The notes under the pieces are model-generated. The model was not told where the DNA came from and ran no database searches. It worked only from the letters and a program-made list of their open reading frames with translations. A DNA stretch of 63,584 nt, filler included, from Coriobacteriales bacterium (GTDB lineage: Bacteria > Actinomycetota > Coriobacteriia > Coriobacteriales > UBA8131): NCBI GenBank assembly GCA_031263105.1. It is 7 parts of 7 records of this genome, joined end to end, with 100 filler letters (N's around TTAATTAATTAA, not from the genome) between each part and the next. Parts side by side here need not be neighbours in the genome. Positions count along the whole stretch, not along the records: positions 1 to 17,603 come from JAISGJ010000184.1; 6 more parts are not named here. One strand, written 5' to 3'. Position 1 is the first letter of the stretch. Each line of letters begins with the position of its first letter. The position numbers were made by a program, and so were the translations under genes. This document shows, in pieces, positions 1 to 10,957 of the stretch.

Positions 1-37
1 CTCTTGAAAAATTTTTGTAAGGTATACAAAATGTTTG

Positions 38-66
38 TTGACTTCTCGAAGCGGGAGGCCTATACT
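38..66 (+). promoter_or_regulatory. sigma70-type promoter of the purine catabolism cluster
   Basis: TTGACT (38-43), 17-nt spacer, TATACT (61-66); RBS AAGGAG at 74-79. Confidence 0.7.
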
Positions 67-88
67 TCATCCGAAGGAGATGACGACT

Positions 89-733
89 ATGCCGGACACA
101 CATGAATTCGAGCAGATCAGGCCCATTCTTTCCCGCATCGCCATCGGCCTTGCGCGTCACTTCGGCCCGGAGTGCGAGGTCGTCATCCATGACACGACCC
201 ATGGGGCCGACGGCACCATCGCGGTCATCGAGAACGGCCACGTCACCGGTCGCAAAGTGGGGGACAGCGCGAGCGAGACCGTGCTCGAGGCCCTGAAGAA
301 CAGGGACATCTCGGACCGCTACTCCTATGTGACCAACACCAAAGACGGCAAGATGCTCAAGTCCTCGACGATAAACCTGCACAACGAGGCGGGCGAGGTC
401 GTCGCCGTCGTCTGTCTGAACTACGACATCAGCAGGCTCATGCTCGCCGACCGCTCCCTTCAGGGCCTCCTCTCCGTCGAGGACGGAGGGCAGGGGGCCG
501 CGACGATCCCCGACAACGTCAACGACCTGCTCGACCAGCTGATAGACGAGTCGCATCGGCTCGTCGGCAAGCCGATCGCGTTCATGACGAAGGAGGAGAA
601 GGCCGAGGCCATTCGCTTCCTCGACAGCAAGGGCGCGCTCCTCATCAAGAAGAGCTCGGAGCGCATCGCGAACTACTACGGCATATCCAAGTACACGCTG
701 TACAACTACCTCGGGTCCCAAGAGGAGAAGTAG
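89..733 (+). CDS. YheO/DauR-family PAS-HTH transcriptional regulator
   Basis: FGPECEVVIHD...IENGHVTGRKVG PAS_6 motif and C-terminal ISKYTLYNYL HTH; start placed at ATG 89 after AAGGAG. Confidence 0.9.
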   Translation: MPDTHEFEQIRPILSRIAIGLARHFGPECEVVIHDTTHGADGTIAVIENGHVTGRKVGDSASETVLEALKNRDISDRYSYVTNTKDGKMLKSSTINLHNEAGEVVAVVCLNYDISRLMLADRSLQGLLSVEDGGQGAATIPDNVNDLLDQLIDESHRLVGKPIAFMTKEEKAEAIRFLDSKGALLIKKSSERIANYYGISKYTLYNYLGSQEEK

Positions 734-812
734 GCAGACGCCGGGCACCCGGCCCGGCAGACGGAAGCCCTGTGACAAGGGCACGGCAACGTTCGAAGGA
801 GCAGCAAGGCAT

Positions 813-1202
813 ATGGAACGGACAGTCATCACAACGGATGCGGCACCTGCGGCGATAGGGCCCTATGCCCAGGCCAACCGCGTGGGGGGCCTCCTCTTCA
901 CGTCGGGCCAGATACCCCTCGACCCCGCGACGGGCGAGCCTGTAGGGACGACCGTTGCCGAGCAGACCGAGCAGGTCCTGAAGAACCTCAAGGCCGTCCT
1001 CGAAGAGGGCGGAAGCAGCCTTGACGCAGTCGTGAAGACGACCGTGTTCATGGCCGACATGGGCGACTTCGCACAGATGAACGAGGTCTATGCCCGCTTC
1101 TTCGTCGGCCCCGCGCTTCCCTCCCGCTCGGCCGTCGCAGTCAAAGGGCTCCCCAAGGGCTCGTTGGTCGAGATAGAGGCCGTCGCCCTTGCAAAGGGCT
1201 GA
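813..1202 (+). CDS. ridA: RidA/YjgF enamine-imine deaminase
   Basis: APAAIGPYAQA, TSGQIPLDP, PSRSAV, LPKGSLVEIEAVA motifs. Confidence 0.95.
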   Translation: MERTVITTDAAPAAIGPYAQANRVGGLLFTSGQIPLDPATGEPVGTTVAEQTEQVLKNLKAVLEEGGSSLDAVVKTTVFMADMGDFAQMNEVYARFFVGPALPSRSAVAVKGLPKGSLVEIEAVALAKG

Positions 1203-1423
1203 CACGAAGCGATTTTAAGAGGGCCTAAGGAGCCCTTGCAGGAAACCAGAGGCACCGCGTTGGGAACTGAGAGTCATACCGGAAGCCGGAGGGCGGTTGT
1301 GCCCCGGCCCTGGTGGAACTTTGCAAAAAACAGGAAGGGCGGCCCCCTTGGCACCCCCCTTCCGCCCGTGCCGCAGACGCCCGTGCCGCAGACGATGCCC
1401 TAGGGAGACGAAAGGAACGCCAT

Positions 1424-2656
1424 ATGGGACACACGAGAGAGAACATCGGCTGGGTCGCGAACACGATGCCCCCAACGGACTGCTCCGCGAACCTGGGGCT
1501 GCTCGGCGCGTCGTCCGTCGCGGCGGCGCGGGCCTTCCACGCGTCCATCCCCGGCTACGAGCCGACGCCGCTGGCGCGGCTCGACGCGCTCGCCTCCCAT
1601 CTGGGGCTTGGGGGGCTGTACGTCAAGGACGAGTCCTTCCGCTTCGGCCTCAACGCCTTCAAGGTGCTCGGCGGCTCGTTCGCGGTGGCCGCCTATATCG
1701 CCCGCCGCCTCGGCAGGGACGTCTCCGAGGTCGGCTTCGAGACCCTCGTCTCCCCGGAGACCAAGGCGCAGACAGGGGAGCTCACCTTCTATACGGCGAC
1801 CGACGGCAACCATGGGCGGGGCGTGGCCTGGGCCGCGAACAGGCTGGGCCAGAAATCGGTCGTCTGCATGCCGACCGGCAGCTCCCCCGCCCGCCTCGAG
1901 GCCATCGTCCGTGAAGGCGCCCAGGCATCGATAACCGACATGAACTACGACGATGCCGTGCGCTACGTGAACGGCCTTGCCGAGGCGGACCCTGACGGCG
2001 TCATGGTGCAGGACACCGCATGGGACGGCTACGAGGAGATACCCGCCTGGATCATGCAGGGCTATGCGACCATGGCGGCCGAGGCGGACGAGCAGCTCAA
2101 AGCGGCGGGCGTCACGCGTCCCACGCACGTCTTCGTGCAGGCCGGCGTCGGGTCGCTCGCCGGTGCCGTCCAGGGCTACTTCGCGAACGCCTACGGCGAG
2201 GCCTGCCCCGTCACCACGGTCGTCGAGGCGCAGGCCGCCGACTGCCTCTACCGCTCGGCCTGCGCAGGCGAGCTCGTCGCGGTGGGCGGGGACCTCTCGA
2301 CCATCATGGCCGGCCTTGCCTGCGGCGAGGCGTGCACCCTTTCGTGGGACATCCTCAGGAACCGGGCACGCGCCTTCGTCTCCGTCCCCGACTGGGTGAG
2401 CGGCCACGGCATGCGCCTGCTCGCCGCACCGCTTGCGGGCGACCCTCCGGTCAAGTCGGGCGAGTCCGGGGCCGTCGGGGCGGGCCTCGTCTCCGTCCTC
2501 ATGACCGACGGGGGCTACGGGGACCTGCGGCAAGCGCTCGGCCTCGGGCCGGACTCGCAGGTGCTGTGCTTCAGCACGGAGGGCGACACCGACCCGGAGA
2601 TGTACCGGAGCGTCGTCTGGGACGGCTTCAACCCCTCGTACAGGGTTCAAGGATAG
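1424..2656 (+). CDS. dpaL: diaminopropionate ammonia-lyase (YgeX)
   Basis: [19 protein letters not shown]-Lys motif, [29 protein letters not shown]; start after AAAGGA. Confidence 0.95.
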   Translation: MGHTRENIGWVANTMPPTDCSANLGLLGASSVAAARAFHASIPGYEPTPLARLDALASHLGLGGLYVKDESFRFGLNAFKVLGGSFAVAAYIARRLGRDVSEVGFETLVSPETKAQTGELTFYTATDGNHGRGVAWAANRLGQKSVVCMPTGSSPARLEAIVREGAQASITDMNYDDAVRYVNGLAEADPDGVMVQDTAWDGYEEIPAWIMQGYATMAAEADEQLKAAGVTRPTHVFVQAGVGSLAGAVQGYFANAYGEACPVTTVVEAQAADCLYRSACAGELVAVGGDLSTIMAGLACGEACTLSWDILRNRARAFVSVPDWVSGHGMRLLAAPLAGDPPVKSGESGAVGAGLVSVLMTDGGYGDLRQALGLGPDSQVLCFSTEGDTDPEMYRSVVWDGFNPSYRVQG

Positions 2657-2711
2657 GGCCGGGCCATCCCGGCAACGACACGAGCGAACGAGCGAAGAAG
2701 GAGGTCCATCC

Positions 2712-3917
2712 ATGGATTTCGAAGGAATCAAAAAGGCAGCGGAGGGTTACCGGCAGGACATGACGACGTTCCTGCGCGACCTTGTCCGCCTGCCGGGCGA
2801 GAGCACCCAGGAGAAGGCGACCGCGTCGCGCATCGTCGAGGAGATGGAGAAGGTCGGGTTCGACGAGGCGGGCATCGACGCGATGGGCAACGCCGTCGGG
2901 TACCTGGGCACGGGCACGACCCTCATAGCCTTCGACGGGCATATCGACACCGTGGGCGTCGGCAACCGCGAGAACTGGGACTTCGACCCGTTCGAGGGCT
3001 TCGAGACCGATGAGGAGATAGGCGGGCGTGGGACGAGCGACCAGCTCGGCGGCGTCGTCTCGGCGGTCTACGGCGCGAAGATCATGAAGGACCTCGGCCT
3101 GCTCAACGACCGTTACCGCGTCATGGTCACGGGCACGGTCCAGGAGGAGGACTGTGACGGCCTGTGCTGGGAGTACATGATCAAAGAGGAGGGCATACGC
3201 CCCGAGTTCGTCGTCATCACCGAGCCCACCGACGGCCACATCTATCGCGGCCAGCGGGGCCGCATGGAGATCCGCGTCGAGGTCCAAGGCGTCTCCTGCC
3301 ATGGGAGCGCCCCCGAGCGCGGCGACAACGCCATCTACAAGATGGGGGAGATACTGGGAGAGGTCAAGGGGCTCAACGAACGCCTTGCGGACGACCCCTT
3401 CCTCGGCAAGGGGACGCTTGCGGTGTCGGAGATATTCTTCACCTCGCCCTCGCGCTGCGCCGTGGCGGACAGTTGCGCCATCTCCATAGACCGCCGCCTC
3501 ACCGACGGCGAGACCTACGAGACGGCCCTCGAGGAGCTCCGTGCGCTGCCGAGCGTCAAGAGGCACAACGCGGCCGTCTCCATGTACACCTATGAGCGCC
3601 CGAGCTACACCGGCCTCGTGTACCCCATCGACTGCTTCTTCCCCACCTGGGTCATCCCCGCCGACGCGCCGGCCACGGAGGCCGCCGTTGCGGCCTATCG
3701 CGGCCTGTACGGCGAGCCGGTCGTCGACAAATGGACCTTCTCGACCAACGGCGTGTCCATCATGGGGCGCAACGGCATCCCCTGCATAGGCTTCGGCCCC
3801 GGCAAGGAGGCCCAGGCGCACGCCCCCAACGAGAGGACCTGGAAGGCCGACCTCGTGAGATGCGCTGCGGTCTATGCGGCCCTGCCGGCCCTGTACACGG
3901 ACAAGAAGAACGACTAG
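2712..3917 (+). CDS. ygeY: YgeY family M20 hydrolase
   Basis: [36 protein letters not shown]; cluster context. Confidence 0.93.
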   Translation: MDFEGIKKAAEGYRQDMTTFLRDLVRLPGESTQEKATASRIVEEMEKVGFDEAGIDAMGNAVGYLGTGTTLIAFDGHIDTVGVGNRENWDFDPFEGFETDEEIGGRGTSDQLGGVVSAVYGAKIMKDLGLLNDRYRVMVTGTVQEEDCDGLCWEYMIKEEGIRPEFVVITEPTDGHIYRGQRGRMEIRVEVQGVSCHGSAPERGDNAIYKMGEILGEVKGLNERLADDPFLGKGTLAVSEIFFTSPSRCAVADSCAISIDRRLTDGETYETALEELRALPSVKRHNAAVSMYTYERPSYTGLVYPIDCFFPTWVIPADAPATEAAVAAYRGLYGEPVVDKWTFSTNGVSIMGRNGIPCIGFGPGKEAQAHAPNERTWKADLVRCAAVYAALPALYTDKKND

Positions 3918-3976
3918 AGAAGAACGACCAGAGAAGAACGACCAGAAGCCCCATCGGTTGACAAAGGAGAGACCCC

Positions 3977-5170
3977 ATGACGGATTTCACTGCCCACCTC
4001 GACACGCTCCGCTCGCTTGACGCGGCCGGAATGCACGGCGAGGACTTCTTCCTCACCTGGGAGAAGAGCCACGACGAGCTTGTGGCGACCTTTACCGTGG
4101 CCGACGCCCTGCGCGCCCTGCGCGAGGCGAACATCTCGTCGCGCATCTTCGACAGCGGGCTTGCGGTCTCGCTGTTCCGCGACAACTCCACGCGCACGCG
4201 CTTCAGCTTTGCTTCGGCCTGCAACCTGCTCGGCCTTGCCGTGCAGGACCTCGACGAGGGCAAGTCGCAGATAGCGCACGGCGAGACGGTGCGCGAGACC
4301 GCGAACATGGTCTCGTTCATGGCCGACGTCATAGGCATACGCGACGACATGTTCATCGGCAAGGGGAACGCCTACATGCGCGAGGTCAGCCAGGCGCTCA
4401 AGGAGGGCTTCGAGGACGGCAACCTGGAGCAGCGCCCCAACCTCGTGAACCTCCAATGCGACATAGACCATCCCACCCAGGCGATGGCGGACATGAACCA
4501 CATCATCCACACCTTCGGCGGCATCGAGAACCTCAAGGGCAAGAGGATCGCCATGAGCTGGGCCTATTCCCCCTCCTACGGCAAGCCCCTCTCGGTCCCG
4601 CAGGGCATCATCGGCCTGATGACGCGCTTCGGCATGGAGGTCGTCCTGGCCCACCCGGAAGGGTACGAGGTCATGCCCGGGGTCGAGGAGGTGGCCCGCA
4701 AGAACGCTGCGGCCTCCGGCGGCTCCTTTGTGAAGACGGGCTTCATGGCAGAGGCCTTCGAAGGGGCGGACATCGTCTATCCCAAGAGCTGGGCCCCGTT
4801 CAGGGCCATGGAGAGGCGCACCGAGCTGTACGGCGAGGGCGACCGGGCCGGCATAGACGCGCTCGAGAAGGAGCTGCTCGCCGAGAACGCGCAGCATCGC
4901 GACTGGGAGTGCACCGAGGAGCTCATGGCCTCGACCACAGGCGGCAAGGCGCTGTACATGCACTGCCTGCCGGCCGACATCTCGGGCGTCAGCTGTGCGC
5001 AGGGCGAGGTCGCATCATCGGTGTTCGACCGCTACCGCGTGCCCCTCTACAAGGAGGCGAGCCACAAGCCCTACATCATCGCTGCGATGATATTCCTGAG
5101 CAAGATGGCGGACCCGTCGGCAAAGCTCGCCGAGCTCATCGCCCGTGACGCGCGACGCTTCTCGAACTGA
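3977..5170 (+). CDS. ygeW: YgeW knotted carbamoyltransferase
   Basis: FRDNSTRTR, DHPTQ, WAYSPSYGKPLSVPQG, HCLPAD motifs. Confidence 0.95.
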   Translation: MTDFTAHLDTLRSLDAAGMHGEDFFLTWEKSHDELVATFTVADALRALREANISSRIFDSGLAVSLFRDNSTRTRFSFASACNLLGLAVQDLDEGKSQIAHGETVRETANMVSFMADVIGIRDDMFIGKGNAYMREVSQALKEGFEDGNLEQRPNLVNLQCDIDHPTQAMADMNHIIHTFGGIENLKGKRIAMSWAYSPSYGKPLSVPQGIIGLMTRFGMEVVLAHPEGYEVMPGVEEVARKNAAASGGSFVKTGFMAEAFEGADIVYPKSWAPFRAMERRTELYGEGDRAGIDALEKELLAENAQHRDWECTEELMASTTGGKALYMHCLPADISGVSCAQGEVASSVFDRYRVPLYKEASHKPYIIAAMIFLSKMADPSAKLAELIARDARRFSN

Positions 5171-5202
5171 GACGCTGCCAGAGAAGGACTGAGGACAAGA
5201 CC

Positions 5203-6189
5203 GTGGACACCGAAAGACAGGCGGCCGCCCCGCACAAGGGCGGCTCCCCGCATCCCTCAAGGAAGCGGATCGTCGTCGCCTTGGGGGGCAATGCCTTGGG
5301 CGACAACCTCGACGAGCAGATGCACGCGGCGAAGGCGGCCGCGTCCGCCATCGCCGACCTCGTAGAGGCAGGCCACGAGCTGGTGCTCGTGCATGGGAAC
5401 GGCCCGCAGGTCGGCATGATAGAGACCGCGTTCGAGACCGCCGCCAAGGCGGACGCCTCGTACCCCTTGCTCCCCATGTCGGTCTGCGTGGCGCTCAGCC
5501 AGGGCTACATCGGCTACGACCTCCAAAACGTCGTGCGCGCCGAGCTCGATGCCCGCGCGAACGCCACACCGGTCGTGACCCTCGTCACGCAGGTCGTCGT
5601 CGATCCCCGCGACCCCGCGTTCGACGATCCCACCAAGCCCATCGGCGGCTTCATGACCGAGGAGGAGGCATTGGCGCTCCAGGGGCAGGGCATCCCCGTC
5701 GCGGAGGACAGCGGCAGGGGATGGCGCAGGGTCGTCGCCTCGCCGCGCCCCGTCGCCATCGTCGAGGCCGAGACGGTCAAGGCGCTGCTGGCGGCCGGGC
5801 ACATCCCCATCGCCTGCGGCGGAGGCGGCATACCGGTGGCCTTGGAGGACGGCCAGTACCGTGGCCAGGGCGCCATCATCGACAAGGACCTCACGGCGGC
5901 ACGGCTCGCCGAGGCGATAGGGGCCGACCTCCTCGTCATCCTCACGGCGGTCGAGAAGGTCTGCACGGGCTTCGGCACGCCGCAGCAGCGAGAGCTCGAC
6001 CATATGACCGCAGACGAGGCGTCCGCCCTGTGCGAGGCCGGCGAGTTCGGGAAGGGCTCCATGGAGCCCAAGGTGCGCGCGGCCGCATCGTTCGTCCGTT
6101 CGGGCGAGGGCAGGACGGCGTTGATCACCTTGCTGGAGAGGGCGCGGGAGGCCATAGAGGGCGTCACGGGGACTTCGGTCACCCGGTAA
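5203..6189 (+). CDS. arcC: carbamate kinase (YqeA-like)
   Basis: VVALGGNAL, HGNGPQVG, PTKPIG, GWRRVVASP, IDKD, GSMEPKV. Confidence 0.95.
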   Translation: MDTERQAAAPHKGGSPHPSRKRIVVALGGNALGDNLDEQMHAAKAAASAIADLVEAGHELVLVHGNGPQVGMIETAFETAAKADASYPLLPMSVCVALSQGYIGYDLQNVVRAELDARANATPVVTLVTQVVVDPRDPAFDDPTKPIGGFMTEEEALALQGQGIPVAEDSGRGWRRVVASPRPVAIVEAETVKALLAAGHIPIACGGGGIPVALEDGQYRGQGAIIDKDLTAARLAEAIGADLLVILTAVEKVCTGFGTPQQRELDHMTADEASALCEAGEFGKGSMEPKVRAAASFVRSGEGRTALITLLERAREAIEGVTGTSVTR

Positions 6190-6236
6190 GGATAAGGTCA
6201 TAGGAGTACGACACCCAAGGATTGGAGAGGATTGTT

Positions 6237-7733
6237 ATGCCAGAGAGCAAGGACGTGGGCACAGTAGCAGTAGCAACTCCGGAGGGCGTGGGCGCGACCG
6301 ACATGATATACCAGTTGGGAGGCAAACCGCCGTTCCGCATCGCCTTCCCCTTGGGCCTGCAGCACGTGCTGACGATGTTCGTCGGCAACCTCGCACCCGT
6401 CCTGGTGCTCGCGGGGATCGTCGGCGCGGCGGGATCGACGATCATGACCCCGCAGGAGACGATACTCATGGTGCAGTGCGCCATGCTCGTCTCGGGCCTC
6501 ACGACCCTCCTGCAGCTCTATCCGATCAAGATCGGGAAGTTTCAGATAGGCGGCGGCCTGCCGATCGTCATGGGCACCTCCTTCGTGTTCGTGAGCGCCC
6601 TGGTGGCCACGTTGACCGAGTACGGCCTGGCTGCGGTCTTCGGGGCCATCATCGTGGGCGGGGTCATGGAGATCATACTGGGGCTCTTCTACCGGGTGCT
6701 CCAGCGGCTGTTCCCGCCCATCGTCATCGGCACCGTGCTGATGACCATCGGCCTGTCGCTCTTGCCGGTCGGCATCCAGTACCTCGCGGGCGGCGCGGCG
6801 GCGCAGGGCGCGCTTGCGAGCTCCCAGGCATTGGCGGCCGACGGCCTGCAGGTCCCGCCCGAGGTGGCCGCCCTGGCCGCCCAGTACGGCTCCTGGCAGA
6901 ACCTGCTCGTGGGCATCGTCGTGTTCCTCGTCATCGTCGCGCTGCAACGCTGGGGCAGGGGCTTCGTCAAGGCCATGGCCATCCTCGGCGGCATCATCGT
7001 GGGCTACCTCCTCGCCATCGCCTTCGGCATGGTCGACTTCTCGAACCTGCTTGCGAACGGCTTCGTCTCCCTGCCCCTGCCGGCCACCGTGCCGGCCTTC
7101 CACCTCGGGCCCATCGTCACGATCGGCCTGCTCTACATCATCAGCGGCCTTGAGACCATGGGCAACGTCAACGGCATCACGGTGGCGGCCTTCGACCGCG
7201 AGGCCACGAACAAGGAGACCTCGGGCGCCATCCTTGCCGACGCCGTCGGCAGCATGGTCGCGGGCGCGTTCAACTGCCTGCCGAACACCGCCTTCGGACA
7301 GAACGCCGGCATCGTCGCCATGACCAAGGTCGTCAACAAGTGGGTCGTGGCCATGGGGGCCTTCGTCCTCATCGCCGCAGGCTTCTTCCCGCCGATCGGC
7401 GCGGTCTTCTCGGCGATGCCCGCCTGCGTGCTCGGCGGCGCGGTCATCTCGGTCTTCGGGATGATACTCGTCAACGGCATCAAGCTCATCGTCTTGAACG
7501 GCCTGACGGAGCGCAACATCCTCATCCTCTGCATCACCTTCGGTGCGGGCTTCGCCATGAGCCAGACCCCTGCGCTCGTCGCCCTGTTCCCCGAGCCCCT
7601 GCACTTCATCTTCAGCGAGACGACCTTGGCGGTCTGTCTGGTCGCGGTCATCGCGAACCTGCTCTTCAAGGAACGGGGCAAGGAGAAGGACGGGGCCGGG
7701 AAGGATGCCGACCCTATCGAGATACTGGGCTAG
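6237..7733 (+). CDS. NCS2/NAT xanthine-urate permease
   Basis: GLQHVLTM motif, NAT signature FGQNAGIVAMTKV, multiple TM helices; start at ATG after GGAGAGG. Confidence 0.92.
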   Translation: MPESKDVGTVAVATPEGVGATDMIYQLGGKPPFRIAFPLGLQHVLTMFVGNLAPVLVLAGIVGAAGSTIMTPQETILMVQCAMLVSGLTTLLQLYPIKIGKFQIGGGLPIVMGTSFVFVSALVATLTEYGLAAVFGAIIVGGVMEIILGLFYRVLQRLFPPIVIGTVLMTIGLSLLPVGIQYLAGGAAAQGALASSQALAADGLQVPPEVAALAAQYGSWQNLLVGIVVFLVIVALQRWGRGFVKAMAILGGIIVGYLLAIAFGMVDFSNLLANGFVSLPLPATVPAFHLGPIVTIGLLYIISGLETMGNVNGITVAAFDREATNKETSGAILADAVGSMVAGAFNCLPNTAFGQNAGIVAMTKVVNKWVVAMGAFVLIAAGFFPPIGAVFSAMPACVLGGAVISVFGMILVNGIKLIVLNGLTERNILILCITFGAGFAMSQTPALVALFPEPLHFIFSETTLAVCLVAVIANLLFKERGKEKDGAGKDADPIEILG

Positions 7734-7837
7734 AGGCCGGAGGCCGAAGGCCGCAAATAGGGGCGGGAAGGCCCCCTGCCTTCCCGCCCGCCGTCTGGAA
7801 CCACACAGAAGGAAATGCTGGAAAAGGAAGTTCTGCC

Positions 7838-10800
7838 ATGAGTGAGATCATGAGACCCCTGCCGTTCGCCGACCTGATGGAGCGCATCCTCGGGGAGTAC
7901 GGCAAGACCCGCTCCATATTCGGGGTGAGGGAGGACAAGTTCTACCGCAACCGCTCGGGGGTGCGGGCGCGCTGCCACGGAACGGAGATCGACTCGCCGG
8001 TGGGCCCTGCCGCAGGGCCGCACTCGCAGCTTGCGGGAAACATCGTCGCCGCCTACCTGGCCGGCGCCCGCTTCGTCGAGCTGAAGACCGTCCAGACCAT
8101 GGACGGCGAGGAGTTGAGGAACTGCGTCGCGCGGCCCTGCATCAACGCTGCGGACGAGTGCTACAACGTCGAGTGGTCGACGGAGCTCACCGTCCAGCAG
8201 GCCTTGGAAGAGTACGTGAAGGCATGGGTCGCGGCCCATGTGCTCGGCTGCGAGCTCGGCCTCGATACCGGGCTCGTGTTCAACATGAGCGTGGGCTACA
8301 GCCTCGAGGGCATACAGTCGCCGAAGATAGACTGCTACCTCGACGGGCTCAAGGACGCGGCCGGAAGCCGCATCTGGGACGAGTGCCTTTCCTGGCTCGA
8401 CGCCAACCGGGGGCGCTTTGCGGCCTTCGGCGCAGACGAGCTTGTGCGCATCCCCTCGCAGGTGTCGGACAGCGTCACGCTCTCGACCCTCCACGGCTGC
8501 CCCCGCGAGGAGATCGAGCGCATCGCCCACTACCTTCTGACCGAGAAGCACCTCCACACGAACATCAAGTGCAACCCCACGTTGCTGGGGTACGCGCCCG
8601 CGCGGGAGATACTCGACGCCATGGGCTACGGCTACGTCTCCTTCGACGACCATCACTTCAAGGAAGACCTTCAGTTCGACGACGCGGTCGCCATGATAGG
8701 GAGGCTCCAGGGCGCGGCCCGGGCCGAAGGACTCGATATGGGCGTGAAGATCACGAACACCTTCCCTGTGGACATCGCGAGGGGCGAGTTGCCGGGCGAG
8801 GAGATGTACATGTCCGGCAGGGCGCTCTTCCCCCTTTCCGTCAACGTGGCGGCGCGGCTCGCCGAGGCCGTCGGGCGCGCGCTCCCCATCTCGTATTCCG
8901 GCGGCGCGGACGCCTTCAACATCGCGGACCTGCTCGCCTGCGGCATCCGTCCCGTCACGGTGGCGACGACGCTGCTCAAGCCCGGCGGCTATGAGCGCCT
9001 GACGCAGCTTGCCTCCCTTGCCGAGGGCAGCGTGGACGCAGGAAGGGACGGCCTCGACGTCGCGGCCCTCGCCCGCCTTGCCGAGTCCGCCCGGGCCCTG
9101 CCGCGCCATCGCAAGGGGTACCGGGAGCAGGCAGGGCGCAAATCCGACAAGGCGCTCGCCCTCATCGACTGCGCCGAGGCCCCCTGCTCCGAGACCGGCT
9201 GCCCGATCGGGCAGCAGATCCCCGCCTACCTCGAGCAGGTGGCGCACGGCGACCTCGCCCGCGCCTTCGAGGTGATCGTCAACGACAACGTCCTGCCCTC
9301 CGTGACAGGCGCGATCTGCGACCACCAGTGCCAGAACCGCTGCACCCGCCTCGACTACGACGACCCCGTGCAGATACGGGCCGCGAAGAAGGCGGCCTCC
9401 GAGGCGGCGCAGGCCGCCTACATCGGCTCGATGGCGCCCTCGCCGCTTCGCAGCGCGACAAAGGTGCTCGTCGTCGGGGCCGGCCCTGCGGGCCTTGCGG
9501 CAGCGACCTACCTGCGCCGCAACGGCCTCGACGTGACGGTGCGGGAGACGAGGGACAGGCCCTTCGGCATCGTCTCGCACGTCATACCTGCCTTTCGGAT
9601 ACGCGACGACGACCTCGCCCTGGACCTGGGGCTCGCCGAGGCGAGCGGCGTCCGCTTCGAGTTCGGTGCCGCACCGGACTACGACTTGGAGGCGCTGCGC
9701 GGGGACTTCGGCTTCGTCATCCTCGCGACAGGGGCCTGGAAGGAGGCAAGGAGCGCCGTCCCCCTCGACGGGACGCAGGTCGTGGACGCCCTCGACTTCC
9801 TCGCACGCTCGAAGGAGTCGGGCCTGGCCCTCGGGCTGGGGCGCCGTGTCGCCGTCATAGGCGGCGGGGACGTCGCCATGGACTGCGCGCGCGCGGCCGT
9901 CCGCAACAAGGGCGTCACGGAGGCGGTCGTCGTCTACCGCCGCACCAGGGAGTTCATGCCCGCACAGAGGGAGGAGGTCGAGCTGGCAGAGCGCGACGGC
10001 GTCCGCTTCCAGGAGCTGCATGCCCCCCGTGCCTATGCGGACGGCCTGCTGCACTGCGACGTCATGCGCCTGGGCGACTTCGATGCCAGCGGGCGCAGGG
10101 GCATCCTCGCAACGGGCGAGCAGGACGTCCTTCCCTTCGACACGGTCGTGGTTGCAACGGGCGCGACGGTCGACACTGCGCCCTTCTCCCGAAACGGGAT
10201 AGCCCTCGACGAGCGGGGCCATGCGGTGCTCGGAGCGTCCAACGAGACCTCGCGCGACGGCGTCTATATCGTCGGCGACGCCAAGGCAGGCCCCGCCACC
10301 GTCGTCAAGGCGATGGCGGACGCCAAGGCAGCCGCCTCGGACATCCTCGCCAAGCTGGGGCTGGATGCGGACTTCAGGACCTTCGGGCCGCAGGTGCCCC
10401 GCGACCTGCTCCTCGGCGGAAAGGGCGTGCTCGCCCCCGCCGCCCCCGCCCCCGATGCCGGTGCCGCCCCCGATGCCCCCGCCCCCGATGCCGCCCCTGC
10501 CGTCGGCCTTGAACAGGCCCGCAGGGCCGACGCGATGCGCTGCCTTTGCTGTAACGTGGTCTGCGAGGTCTGTGTCGACGTCTGCCCCAACCGGGCCAAT
10601 GTCAGCATCGACATGGGGGAGGCCCACCTCGGCTTCGCGCAGCGCCACCAGGTGCTCCATCTCGACGGCCTGTGCAACGAATGCGGCAACTGCGGCACCT
10701 TCTGCCCGACGGCAGGCCGGCCCTATCTCGACAAGCTGACGCTGTATGCCAGCGAGGAGGACTTCGACGCAAGCTCCAACCGGGGCTTCCTCCTCCTTGG

Positions 10801-10957
10801 CCCAGGGCGCATCAGGGCGCGCCTCGAGGAAGGGGCCGTCATCGAGGGGGCCCTCGGCGACGAGAGGCTCCCCTTCGCCCATGCGGCGATGATCGAGAGG
10901 ATATGTACGGACTACCCCTACCTGACAGGTCTGGGAGTCCAAGGAGGTGTGCGATGA
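7838..10957 (+). CDS. ygfK: YgfK Fe-S flavoprotein oxidoreductase
   Basis: GPAAGPHSQLA, DECYNVEWSTEL, STLHGCP, GAGPAG and GGGDVAMD Rossmann motifs, CNECGNC ferredoxin; ATGA overlap with ssnA. Confidence 0.93.
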   Translation: MSEIMRPLPFADLMERILGEYGKTRSIFGVREDKFYRNRSGVRARCHGTEIDSPVGPAAGPHSQLAGNIVAAYLAGARFVELKTVQTMDGEELRNCVARPCINAADECYNVEWSTELTVQQALEEYVKAWVAAHVLGCELGLDTGLVFNMSVGYSLEGIQSPKIDCYLDGLKDAAGSRIWDECLSWLDANRGRFAAFGADELVRIPSQVSDSVTLSTLHGCPREEIERIAHYLLTEKHLHTNIKCNPTLLGYAPAREILDAMGYGYVSFDDHHFKEDLQFDDAVAMIGRLQGAARAEGLDMGVKITNTFPVDIARGELPGEEMYMSGRALFPLSVNVAARLAEAVGRALPISYSGGADAFNIADLLACGIRPVTVATTLLKPGGYERLTQLASLAEGSVDAGRDGLDVAALARLAESARALPRHRKGYREQAGRKSDKALALIDCAEAPCSETGCPIGQQIPAYLEQVAHGDLARAFEVIVNDNVLPSVTGAICDHQCQNRCTRLDYDDPVQIRAAKKAASEAAQAAYIGSMAPSPLRSATKVLVVGAGPAGLAAATYLRRNGLDVTVRETRDRPFGIVSHVIPAFRIRDDDLALDLGLAEASGVRFEFGAAPDYDLEALRGDFGFVILATGAWKEARSAVPLDGTQVVDALDFLARSKESGLALGLGRRVAVIGGGDVAMDCARAAVRNKGVTEAVVVYRRTREFMPAQREEVELAERDGVRFQELHAPRAYADGLLHCDVMRLGDFDASGRRGILATGEQDVLPFDTVVVATGATVDTAPFSRNGIALDERGHAVLGASNETSRDGVYIVGDAKAGPATVVKAMADAKAAASDILAKLGLDADFRTFGPQVPRDLLLGGKGVLAPAAPAPDAGAAPDAPAPDAAPAVGLEQARRADAMRCLCCNVVCEVCVDVCPNRANVSIDMGEAHLGFAQRHQVLHLDGLCNECGNCGTFCPTAGRPYLDKLTLYASEEDFDASSNRGFLLLGPGRIRARLEEGAVIEGALGDERLPFAHAAMIERICTDYPYLTGLGVQGGVR

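Noticed and set aside
1262..1320. TPP riboswitch (CTGAGA..ATACC resemblance)
   Set aside because: Lacks the ACCTGAT and GCGTAGGGAA-type core elements, and downstream genes are unrelated to thiamine.
1348..1363. sigma54 promoter TTGGCAC-N5-TTCC
   Set aside because: The conserved GC at -12 is missing and no enhancer-binding protein is in the cluster.
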